DNA of 64,000 nt, taken from positions 213,969 through 277,968 of the forward strand of contig NIVC01000075.1 in assembly GCA_002269645.1 (NCBI GenBank), written 5' to 3'. Within the stretch, counting starts at the first letter, position 1; the number at the start of each line of letters is the position of its first letter. The position numbers and the translations under genes are program-made. Positions 30,301 through 42,300 of the stretch are shown here, piece by piece. Under the pieces are notes generated by a model that saw only the letters and a list, made by a program, of their open reading frames with translations, made no database searches and was not told the origin of the DNA. The stretch comes from Macrostomum lignano. Lineage: Eukaryota.

Positions 30301-32824
30301 AATCAATAATGGTAGTGACGGATCTGCTAGAAATGCTAGTTGGCCTTGGAGATGAGTTCGACAAGTCGAAAATTCTAACAAAGATTGAAAAAAGCAGGAC
30401 TGTGGGGAAGTATAGGAACACACATACTGGTCACGCTCTCAAAGAAGTCAGGAAGCTTTTCAACTCCAAAGGGCGAAAAAACGTTTTCAAAGCTGTCGTT
30501 ATCATCACGGATGGTTCAAGTAATGATGCCGAAGTACTGTATCAAACAGTATCGGAAATAAAAAACGACAATGTCACGCTGTATGCGGTAGGAGTCGGCA
30601 AAGTGACAAACTACGAACTGTGAGCTTTTATTGTGATCTGTTTTTTTATTTGGGTTCTTTACCTATTGCAACGGGTTTCCCTAACTAGATGGAATTAGCT
30701 GAAGTTGCGGTTTTGGTCGATAAAAAATGGGCACCAAGGCTGCTGGTTGTAGGTAACGTAATTATAAAATTCTAGAAATCATCCACATGTATCAACCAAC
30801 AAAAACGACGGTGTCACTCTTTATGGCAAAGTAGCCAATAGTGGATTCTACATGAATCATTGTGTTCTATTCTATACTTTTCTATTCTAAACTGCTGCTG
30901 TAAGTTTTATAGAATAACTTGATTGAAACTTATGGTGAGTTATCAAGCCACACCAAGGACAGATGGTTTTAGAGGACTGATAAATGATCGAGCTTCCTGG
31001 GTTGCTGGCTCAAACCTTGTGTAAATCCTACTGCAAAACATAAAAATATTAAGTTTAGCTCATGGTGCTAAATTTACCCGCTCACGGAAAAAAGGAGTTT
31101 GGTGACCCTGTGACCCCTGTGTATGAAATGAGGAGGTTTTTAGTTCAGGAAACCTAACAAGGCTGGACACTGTACAGTTTAAGTGCTCATAGCAACAACA
31201 CAACATCTTGCAACAACAGGCGCGAGCTAAATTTGATCACATCGCCAGAGTCCGATAAAAACCTTTTCGTTTTTGAAAAGTTTGAGCAGCTGAAGCCTTG
31301 GGCTGAAAAATTCTCACAGCGGCTCTGCATGGAGTTGAAGCCCCCGAACCCGAAGTTCTGCGACGCCGATGTTCAGTTCAAGTCCATCTCGCTCTGTCGG
31401 TTCAGAAAAATGCATATTAATATGGTAAACTTCAAGTACGACACTTCTAAAAGGTGCATCAAGCATTTCAAAAGCGAGATAAGTGAAACTTGCAGTAAGT
31501 TGCTCAAAAGTTTCTAAATGTAAACCAAGAGTTGTTCAAGAGTTTTTTGATCTTTCGCAAAAAAGTCCCGGATAAGAGTCTCGGCGAAAAGACACCAGAG
31601 CTTCAAACATCAGCACTCATGGGACTGTTATGCTTGCTAATGCTAAAACACTGAGTGCACCTTCCTCAGTTGAGCTTACACAATGCACTTAGACGCCGAA
31701 CCAAACTTGCAGAGACCACCTGCGTCGACCCGATTGACGGCAGCGACCACCTGGAAGGCGAGTCTTGGACCAACATGTGCCACGAGTTCCGCTGCGATTC
31801 GAGCGGCAATACAATCCTGCCAACCTCAGTTAGGAGTAAGTTTCTGAGCACAGCTCTTCGTCCCTTCCAGCGCCGCCCTAACTCGCCTCAGTCACTGCAT
31901 GTCTGTCAGCCCTCTCTCAGTCACTGAATGTCTGCCAGCACTCCCTCAGTCACTGCATGTCTGCCAGCCCTCCCTCAGTCACTGCATGTCTGCCAGCCCT
32001 CCCTCAGTCACTGCATGTCATTCAGCCCTCCCTTAGTCACCGCATGTCTGCCAGCCCTCCCTCAGTCACTGCATGTCTGCCAGCCCTCCCTCAGTCACTG
32101 CATGTCTGCCAGCCCTCCCTCAGTCACTGCATGTCTGCCAGCCCTCCCTCAGTCACTGCATGTCTGCCAGCCCTCCCTCAGTCACTGCATGTCATTCAGC
32201 CCTCCCTTAGTCACTGCATGTCTGCCAGCCCTCCCTCAGTCACTGCATGTCTGCCAGCCCTCCCTCAGTCACTGCATGTCTGCCAGCCCTCCCTCAGTCA
32301 CTGCATGTCTGCCAGCCCTCCCTCAGTCACTGCATGTCTGCCAGCCCTCCCTCAGTCACTGCATGTCTGCCAGCCCTCCCTCAGTCACTGCATGTCTGCC
32401 AGCCCTCCCTCAGTCACTGCATGTCTGCCAGCCCTCCCTCAGTCACTGCATGTCTGCCAGCCCTCCCTCAGTCACTGCATGTCTGCCAGCCCTCCCTCAG
32501 TCACTGCATGTCTGCCAGCCCTCCCTCAGTCACTGCATGTCTGCCAGCCCTCCCTCAGTCACTGCATGTCTGCCAGCCCTCCCTCAGTCACTGCATGTCT
32601 GCCAGCCCTCCCTCAGTCATTGCATCCGGCCAGCTCCGCAACAATCCAGTTGCTAGGCAGTCCACCACTCGCCCATTCCAGAATGCGTTGCTGCCGACTT
32701 CAGCTGCAAGCCGATTGGCGCGGCGCCGTTTCGCTGCAGAAACATCGACGGCGAGGAGAGAGAAAACTGCCAGTGCATCGACAAGGACGGCGAGGCCGTG
32801 CTGGTGGTCGACAACCCCAACTGA
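27321..32824 (+). CDS. Secreted double-VWA/Cys-rich protein, paralog C (671 aa); exons 27321-27889, 28339-28592, 29268-29414, 30115-30619, 31220-31494, 31713-31835, 32682-32824
   Basis: Same architecture and phases as B; exons sum to 2016 nt. The exon 1 donor is weak (gtggtt). Confidence 0.88.
29441..30094 (+). repeat. (CAGT)n microsatellite, about 650 bp, intron 3 of C
   Basis: Direct reading. Confidence 0.97.
31886..32624 (+). repeat. 29-bp minisatellite, about 25 units, intron 6 of C
   Basis: Same unit as 5821-6324. Confidence 0.95.
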
Positions 32825-34532
32825 CAGGCAGACAGTCAGCTGATCGGAATGGCAGCACTCGAATCAAGCTGGATTAATCGGTGGATTTCCATGTGAAGGA
32901 AGGACTAGTCTATTCACAGTAGTCATGATTACATGTACGTTTTAGCAGCTATTTACGGGAACCATTAATTTATTATCGACACTACACTGCATGATTATCC
33001 TCCATTAGCACTGTAGCTCGCTGATTCCCAACAACAGTTTTTCATTCTTCTGATTATCTATAATGAACGATTATCGCCATAAAGCAAATGCCTCCGATGC
33101 GTCTCATCAAACTTGGATAAAAATTATTAGCTAGTATGTGCCTATAGAAAATGTATGTATCTGTTTATTTTTGACGTAAATCCTATGCTTTTGATTAAGC
33201 AATACCTTCAAAGTTAATTTTCAGGGATACTAATCAAGGCGATAACACGGCGAATAAAATATCAATATTAAAATCAATTTTCCAAGCACCCACTTCGCTA
33301 TAAATATTAAGATAATTTTTTTGAATTAACATTGAATTTCACAAGCGCTTGTCCAAATGTCAGGAACATATTTTTTATACAGACTTGCAACATCCTGCAG
33401 TGCATACCATTGGCAACGGGCATGAATCTACCTCTTTCCATAGATTTCAATCTATCGTAAATATAGATTATGGATTACCGATAATCCAGAGCTACATAGT
33501 CAATATCTTGAACTGAAATGCTTTATCCAGAGAATAAAATTATACAATCACAACAAGCTATTTGGGAGACATACAAGGTTCTGGTGCCCCTAGCGCTGGC
33601 GTTCCTTGCGCTGGCGCTCCTGGTGCTAAAGCGGCGGTGCTGGCGCCTCTTAGCAAAACCCTGGTGCTTGGTTTGCGCCTGTTTCCGTCTCTGCTCGCTT
33701 ATATTGACTGTAGGAATACCAAGCCATTTTTGCGCCCGTCGAACTACCAAGAGTGGGGGGAATCCCCCCTGACAATTTTTTTGCTGAGCCGGAACGGAGC
33801 AACGCAGGCACACGAAATTCAAGAACACGGGCTAACTTTTAGTTGCGCCCCTTTTCGAACAAGAATCAATTTGCCAGCCCTTCGGACCGTCGAGATATTC
33901 GACAATTTTGCCAGAAGGTCGGATTTTTCCCATAAGCGCCAGTGTATTCAGTCCGGCGCAGCAAAAAAACATTGTCAGGGCCCCCCTCTTGATAGTTCTA
34001 GTGTTAAGGGCAGACTTGCGTGACCCCATGCAAGAGTCATGATGACAGCTATGATTTTAATCGTTCCAAATATGGCTCATTCTTCGATTCTTAGAATTTT
34101 CAACTGGCGGACAGGAAAATTAAGCATCGACTCGCAGAATTTTCTAATTTTCTTTATTCTCTAAAGAAAATGTTCTGTTCCCGCCTTTTGACGCTGTCCC
34201 AGACGGTAATCTAGTAAGAAAATCTTTAGCACTGTGCGCTTAATCCAAGTATTTTTATTTCACAATTTTTGTCGACATAACGCATTTAGCCGCGCAGTAA
34301 CCCGATTCGCAATCTTTTGAGAAGCCTCAGCGAATTCTCATGGATGATAGAAGGCATCTGGAATCAAGATGAGAAACGTATTGATGTGGAACATCTGGAA
34401 CTAAGATCGGATGAAGCGTTGAAGCGTATATTTAAGCGCTTCGTAGCCGAGCGCACAGTCGCTGCCAGTTGGAAATTCTCAGCTTCCTAAATAGTAGATA
34501 AGAGTTTTTTGAGCCGCGAACGAGCATTTGTC

Positions 34533-35397
34533 ATGGGTAACGGTAAGTCTTTGTTCACCTGACATGTACATTTTCGCGTCTTTAATTTTTAGTAGGTAGA
34601 ACTTGAGACGCTTTGCTACAGCGTGCCAGTGTTATGTTGCTGTGTCGCTGACTTGTAGTTAGTTTTGCAGGAGGGCTTCTGATACTTCTACAGGTTGACC
34701 CACAGCCAAGTGAAGAGGCTATCGGTAAATCATGCTCATTCCGCCAATGCCCATGCATTCAGGACGTGTTAGACACTAAATAGCTACTCTTCCCCAGTTG
34801 TTGACTTTAGATTTCTCAAAATTGTAGCTCTACTTTCAGAATGTGAACCCTTCACTGTAATGATTTTTATACTTCATTCAACTTTCCATTTTTTGCCCTC
34901 CTGGCTTTGCTTCTTAAGACCGGCACTCACTTCTCATTGTTGTATACGCTCATGTGACGTTTTATATCCTTTATGTTTTAGTAAACCTTCTATCCGGACG
35001 GAAGAGCCAAGGCCTTGCGCTCCTGCTGAGTCTGATGGTCATGTCTATCAGCTGCTGTCAAACCAGCGCTGAGTCACAGCATAAAGGCAAATTCCTTTAT
35101 TGCGGTCCGGCCAGTCCAGTCATGATAGACTGGCTCTGCCGGTCAATCAAACACCTGGAGAGCTTCGGAATCAAAGACGGCTACATCGATCCGGCTCAGG
35201 GATATCTGCCGCTAAGCGCTCCGCCACCTTGGAAAAAGAGATCCGGCAATCCTACTAGCGAGCAATCAACTGACGAGCTTCTAGACGACCTACCGGATGA
35301 GGCGACAATAATTAAACGAGGAATTCACGCGCACGTGGCCATGTCGCTTTGTTGCAGACGCATGTGCGATGCCAGAGTGTTCTGCAAAGGCTACTGA
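34533..35397 (+). CDS. Insulin-like peptide precursor; main exon 34982-35397, putative start exon 34533-34542 and optional exon 34671-34724
   Basis: Hydrophobic signal LALLLSLMVMSI; B-chain CGPASPVMIDWLC (C-x11-C); dibasic KKR and KR sites; A-chain GIHAHVAMSLCCRRMCDARVFC. The 5' exons are inferred from splice sites and phase only. Confidence 0.75.
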
Positions 35398-36331
35398 TGT
35401 CAGTTCAAACAGTAGTAGCATGCAGTAGTATAGTGCTGTGCTCGTACTAATTGGGAGATTAAAATACTGGCATGGCTGATTCTATGTCGTCTAGTAGTGC
35501 TGGATAAATCACGACGTCAACAAATACACCGAGCTCTTTTCTGTCTGCTATCAGACACTCGAGAAGTTAAATCAAACTTGCATGCAATTCTCTTTTTGTA
35601 CATATATTAAGATTACAGACGGATACCTACTAATCTGTAACTTATGCAATAAGTTTTGTGTACATACATGTTCTCCGAAAGGGGATGCCAATTTAGAGAC
35701 TGGAATGAAGCCTGAAGTTAATCTCAGAGTTTAGTAGTTTTTCTAGCACACTACATGTACAGTATAGTTTGGTTCTACCACGCGGTTGTTCATGTAGCAA
35801 ATTGGGCCCGCGCACAGTGAGTGACGCGATACAGTGTTGGTCTCTCAGTTGGTTTCTCAATTAATCAATACAGTATTCAATACAGTATTCAATACAGTAT
35901 GAATTTAAATTTTGAAGAATAAATTTGAAATGGAAAGCAATCAAGACTCAGTCAAATTTACAGTGTAGTAGCTGTGGCTCGGATAAAATTCTTGTGTCTC
36001 ACTCGCGTTTTTAGATCGATCGGCAAGGATTGTACAAATAAATAATCCGCAATCAGAAGCGCGTGTTTTGATAGTCTTCACTCTTCAATACTTCAAACCC
36101 TGTCGTGGACATCCAACGGCTTTTGAATCTTGTTTTTTATTAACATGAACATCTACACTGCGCATTTTTATATTAATTTTTTAAGATGTGGTAAGCAAGA
36201 GAAGTAATTAATTAAACTTTCCTAATATATTTACACTAAATTTTACACATTTTGTTTATATACATGAAAATTTTATTTAAAACTAGACTTGTTTTCATTT
36301 TCATTTTCTCAGGTATTGCACCACAGAGAAC

Positions 36332-39300
36332 ATGAAGTGTTCTAGGTGTAAAGAAAATCGTCCTACAATCTACTGTACAGGGTGCACGACAAGTAAGTAT
36401 CGCATTTTGCGGTGGAAACTAGTAATGATTCACATTTTGAGCATATTTGGGTTCTGTCTAATCTGTCATGACATATTATGGACAGCTTAGCCTAGGGAAT
36501 TTTCGTTTTTTAATTGGCAGTTGTTATTGTTATGGTGACCGTATTAATCGTCAAAATGACACTATTTCTACGGTCAACATATAAAACAAAGGCCACGCTT
36601 AAATACACGATGGCCGAGTCTATAATGCAAAAACTTACAGACGGCGGCCGTTTCCGTAATATAGAATGTGTCACACTCGAGAGTGGGAACCCTGCACATC
36701 GCCAGCGGCCGTGTCGTTAGCATTAGCATTGAATATTTGAATGGGTTCAAACTTAAAGACATAAAAGGTGGCCATGTCACTAATATAGAATCCATTCAAC
36801 AATAGAGATGGCGGCCATCTTATTGCCAAAATTTAGAGCCACTACATAGACTCTAACAGATTCTAAGAAGCTGTACTGTAAATATAAGAGTAAAAATAAG
36901 AGTGAATGATACAATAGTAACTTATAGTTTTTAACTGACCATCCGTATCTTAGGCCCTAGCCCATAGTAAGTGCATGCCTAGTGCCCACACTTGTCTAGG
37001 CCAGTGTTGCAACAATAAATGACCTTTTTGAGTTCTATAAAAATGTTTTTGGCTGATAATTTGGTTGATTATTTATCTTTCTTGCTAGTACTATTTACAG
37101 TGGAAAATTAATATGCATAAATATTTGTTTGACTGTCTTATTACAAGCTAAACACTAGAAAGCTTGAAATTTACACTTAAAAGTGAATTTTTCTATCTTT
37201 TTATAGCAACTCTTTTAGTTTTATGTGATTCTATAAAGTACATGCCAGGTTATGTATGCACGCTATGTTTTTAAAAATTATGCATGCCAACTATACAGAT
37301 TTGACTTGGTATACAAGGCTAATGCTAATGTATACCTGAATTTTTAGGGTATATTCTATTGAAAGTATGGACCTCATTTAACTTAATTATAAATATAATA
37401 TGATAATATAACTTTCAATGACTAAAATAGCCATTCTGCTATTTTCATGTTGATAAAATCACCATAAAAATAATAGCTTCACTATTTATATTGTCATGTA
37501 ATTACTTAAGCCCTAATATTACTTTTTACATTTATCTTAACAATAATTGATTTATTATATTTAGTATAAGCACTATACTATAGCAATAAATAACAACACT
37601 AGAAAATTGCCCTTTTAATTAGGCTACCGAATCAATAGCCCTATAGTGTGAGTGCCCTTGGCAATATGATCTTATTAAAAGTGCCTTAGTTAACTTTAAA
37701 TATTACAAGCTAGGAAGTTGTTTAGTTTATGATAGAGTCAATATTTTTAGGATATACAACTTAATTATTTGCACTTTTAAAGTAAAATATATGGTATAAA
37801 ATGCAAGACTTTAAGACTAGCAGTAAGAGATTTAATTTTTGTATGATAATAACTAAATGAGATAACTAGCCTAATATTTGTTATAGTTGACTAAGTTCTG
37901 ATTTTTATAGATTAAATTTTTATGTTAAAGCTTAGAGATGACCTAAAATGATTTTAACTGATATTTAAAACTTGAAATAATAATTCATCTAGACTTAATA
38001 CCTAAAAATCATCTAAAGTTTTGAAGCCAATAAAGCAATCATATATGCAGACTTTGAAGAAAGTTTTATATTTGATTCTTATTTGTTCTTGGCTTTGGTT
38101 ATTCATATTCAAAATATTTAAAGGTGTTATTATTTATTAAACATATTTATAGCTTCAAGTTCAAATTAGCTTTGATAAACAATAGCTATTGCACAGTTTT
38201 AGCTAAGAGCCAATTTCTCTTTTTAGCTATAATCATTTTTTTAGCATTAAAAAATGCTTAGAATCTATACTAGAGGCAGGTACAATAAGAATATACCTAA
38301 GTCTTCAATCAATATAAACCAATATAAAAGACTGTTTTTGGTGTTTGGAGGGTTGCTAACTGACAGGTTAGCAATTAAATTAAGAAAGGGTGATCTGTGG
38401 AGCCCACAAGTTAAATGATAAGATAAACCTATAAGACCTATAAGGCACACACTAGAGGTTGGGGACTAGGGAAAAGAAGAGAGACTAGCTAAAGTGACAA
38501 ACATAAAGGAAAGGGGGAAGAGTTAATGGGGGCAGATTTAGATTTGCCTCTTTCTATGTTGACTTTTTTAGGTATATTATCAATTTGTATAGATTCACTA
38601 GTTGTAACTTCCTAATAATTGTAGTATCCTATCCTTATCTTAGTAGTGCTTAGTCTATTGTTAAGGTGATAAGTCTCTAACATACCTTTCAAGTTCTTTA
38701 TTTTGTATACTATTTTGACTAAGGCACTATTTGCATTCAATTCAAGGTTTAAGCATTCATCTGACAAGATAATGAAAATAGAACTTGAACCTTTTTTTAA
38801 ATATGCAACATATATAGCAAAGCAAAAGATTCTAACAATTCTTTTATCATGAGCCTCAAATTTTGTGCATCAATGTACCTAAAAAAGTGTATTAGCCAAA
38901 ATCAAATTTATACCCAACAAGTTTAAAACAAAAATGCGTAATTTTGTGGCTATCTTTATTTAAGTTACAAAATAAGTTTATATGGGCATATATTCTTGAT
39001 GCTATTTTTATATTTTTATTTCTTAGCATTAGCATGAGATTTCCTCGCTACAGATTCCTCCCTGGATGTGGCACACGCTCACATATGGTGTACAAGCATT
39101 TTTTAGATAAGCTGATTATCAATATTAAAACTTAGTTAAGTGGAAAAGTTTTTGCAGTTTTTTGAAGTCTTAGCATGGACTTTCTAGAATTTTTCCCTAT
39201 ATATATAATAATAGAGAGAGCAGCACTATCTATCTATTGAGAAATTGTTAAAAACAAAATTTATTTTATTGTAATTAAGACAGGCAACATTAAGAACTGA

Positions 39301-42300
39301 CAGCTCTGTTTTTTGCTAATTTGTTACAAAAAGCTGTAGAGAATAATTTGCAAATGTTAAAATAGAATACTGCAGGTTTTCTTATGCACTCTAGTATGAT
39401 TATTAAGTAAATGATGTTTCATATTGCATCCATTTTATCCATTAACAGGCAATGGTCAGGTGCAGCTGTGCTCCAATTGTTTCTTTGAGTATCATGTTGG
39501 ACCATTAGCTGTTGCCCACAAGCCAACCTTGGTGTCTAAAGAGGTGAGCAGCTCACTGCATGTTTCAACTTGCTTTTTTGTAATTAACTTTTTAATGAAT
39601 TAAAACTGCTTTGTGATAACACCAAAAAACCCTAAAAATTCAGGCGCTGTTCGAGCTGTGGGAAAAAGAAAAGCAAGACTGTGCCACTTATCTGGCTGCA
39701 GCAAAACACTGCTCCCAGGAGCTACAGAATCTGTTGTGTTCAAAGGACTCTAGCCTGATCGAAGAGGAGTGAGTATTGTTTTTTTGGTGCATTTACAAGT
39801 GAGACAGGTTGGTGGAGAAAAGACACAAAGCAACGAGCTAAAAAAGCATAAAATGGCATGCAATTTTACACCTATTGTTTTTCCAGCTGCCAGGCCGTTA
39901 GCGCTCGGATTAACGCAGACGCGGACGCAATAGTGGCTAAATTGGCTGGCCTTACCGACCAGGTAAACAGTCTGCGCAAGGATGCAATCAACTTCGTGTC
40001 CAGCCGTTACGAGGAGAAACGCGACAATCTTGTTAAGACAAAACAGCGTCTAGACAAGTCTGTTACAGATTTTACCGATTTGAGTCTTCAACTGGACGCA
40101 GTTAGTAGCGCAAAAAGTGACGATGAGTTGTTGCAGAAGTTTCTTAGTATGAATCAGGTGAGTTAATAGCACTGAATACTTTGTAATTCATTGTTATCAG
40201 GCATCTAGACCACTATATAAGCCGCCCGACTTTCTGTCTCAGATGAAGCCCAGCCTCCAGCGCTGCTTACCCTCGGAGAATCTGATGGACACCGACCCGA
40301 CTGGTTGGTACGCTTTGCCGTTGCCAGCCAATTGCGACATACTTGCTAGCCTAACCGAATTGAAGCATCGCTTAGATAAACTCTCTGTCAGACAGGAATG
40401 CGACGGCGCACTCGGTCAGGCGGCTTTCAATTATCTTGCTAAAGATTTGAAATCGTTAACCGCAAACAGTGACAAATCTCGGCGGCCTATAGTTCGATGC
40501 TGCCTACTGTCCGATCTGTCCCCGTATGGCATATTTACCGCTTGCCAGGCATCCCCAGTCCGATTCGAGCTGATCAGCCATATCCAGTCTGATTTACAGC
40601 TGCGCAGAGCTGTTGAGCCGGGCTTTCGAACTGTTGTTGAAGCTTGCTCTGTTAAGGCAACTTCCCCATTGGCGCTGCGTCCAGATCAGCGAGTGTACGC
40701 CATGAGTCGCGACGGCACCTGGGGTCGCGGGCGAGTCCTGTCCGAATCATCCGCCAGCGTGTCAGTTCGATTCTTTGATCTTGGCAAAACTGAAAACATC
40801 AGTAGAGATCGCATAGTGGATGCTGAATCCGATACCAGGTATTCGGCTGTGCCTGAGCTCAGCTTTGAATGCTGCTTAGCGGAACCAGCTCAACAGGCTG
40901 TGCTAAAAGACCCAAATTGGTTCGCAAATCGCATTGGCGGCCAAGATGGTCGAGCGTTTCTATTACGATCAGCTGGCGAGTGCCGATTCCGATCTAGGCG
41001 GGTGCTGCGTGTCGAAGCCTGGCCCGATAATGACGCCGAAACTGATCATGCCGTTGTTGACGAAGATTTTGCAGCTAAATTGGCTGCGGATTTCTCCGAC
41101 TTGCTGACCGGAGCCGTTAAAGAAACGGTTAGCAGTCATGCTGCTTCTCATCATCGGGACATTCGATTGCAGGAGAATCCCGACCTGCCGTGCCAGGTGT
41201 ACACATTCAGTGCCACTACTACCGCGGCGCCTTCATCCACGCCCTCAGTTGCTTTGAACGCAATATCGCCATTTGAAGAAGAGTTCGCGCCGCTAATCCG
41301 TCAGGGCATGTTGCGCCCCATTGCCGACGATGAAGCCGGTATGTTAAACGGCGGCCGCGCTGTTGACAGCGATGCCGAGGGGCTGGATTATGCCGAGGAC
41401 GACGAAGACAACGATCAAGTTGTTGTGCTCGTGGATCGGAACGCCGTACGGGCTGCGTCCTTGCCCGGCTCCCAGGTCACTAGTCCGACCTCTTCGAGTG
41501 TCTCCGTTCAGCAGCAGCAGCAACAGCAGCAACAGCTGTTGCAACAACAGCACCAGTTGCAATTGTACTCTCAGCAAATGTCGCTGCCAATGCAGCTGCA
41601 GCATCAGCTTCATCACCAGACTCATCCGCCGCCGCCGCCGCCTCAGTCCATGATGCTGCCACCGCCTATTCCACAGGTCAGCCAGTCCATGCCTCTGCAG
41701 TATGGCCATCATCAGCATCCGCCACCGCATCATCACCCTCATCATCCTCACCATCATCACGCCATGTCGCACGCTCCGCCAATGTCTGACTATGCCCAAT
41801 CGGATTATTCCCACTCCGGTTTGTACGCGGCGCCTCATCATCATCCGCAGCGGCAGCAGCAGCATCATCCGCAGCATCCGATGCAGCTGGATCTGTCAAG
41901 TATGATTAGCCCGCATTTCCTACCGACGCCCGGTCAGCCACCGCCGCCGCAGCATTTAGTCTATAGCCAACCGCCACCGCAGATGCCGCCGCCAACTGGT
42001 TATCACCATGGGCCTCATCCCAGTCAACAGCCGCCGGTGACAATGTCAATGCAGCCAATGCATCATCCTGTAATAGTGCCAGTGTCCGATTGTATTGCAG
42101 CTGGTGCTATTGTTAATGGCGGCAGTAGTACTAATGGCAGAAATAATGGCGCTGGTGGCTCTAGTACTAGCCCGTATTATTATTCCGAACCCAGGCCAGA
42201 AGTGGAGTGCCCAGGGAATTCCGCTGAGCTACACGATGACGAAGTGCCCGACAATGGAGAGCGTAATGAAGAAGGTAATTAATTTCATTCCAATAAGCAA

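Noticed and set aside
33518-34029. Cluster of GC-rich ORFs downstream of paralog C
   Set aside because: No recognisable domain or splice-consistent model.
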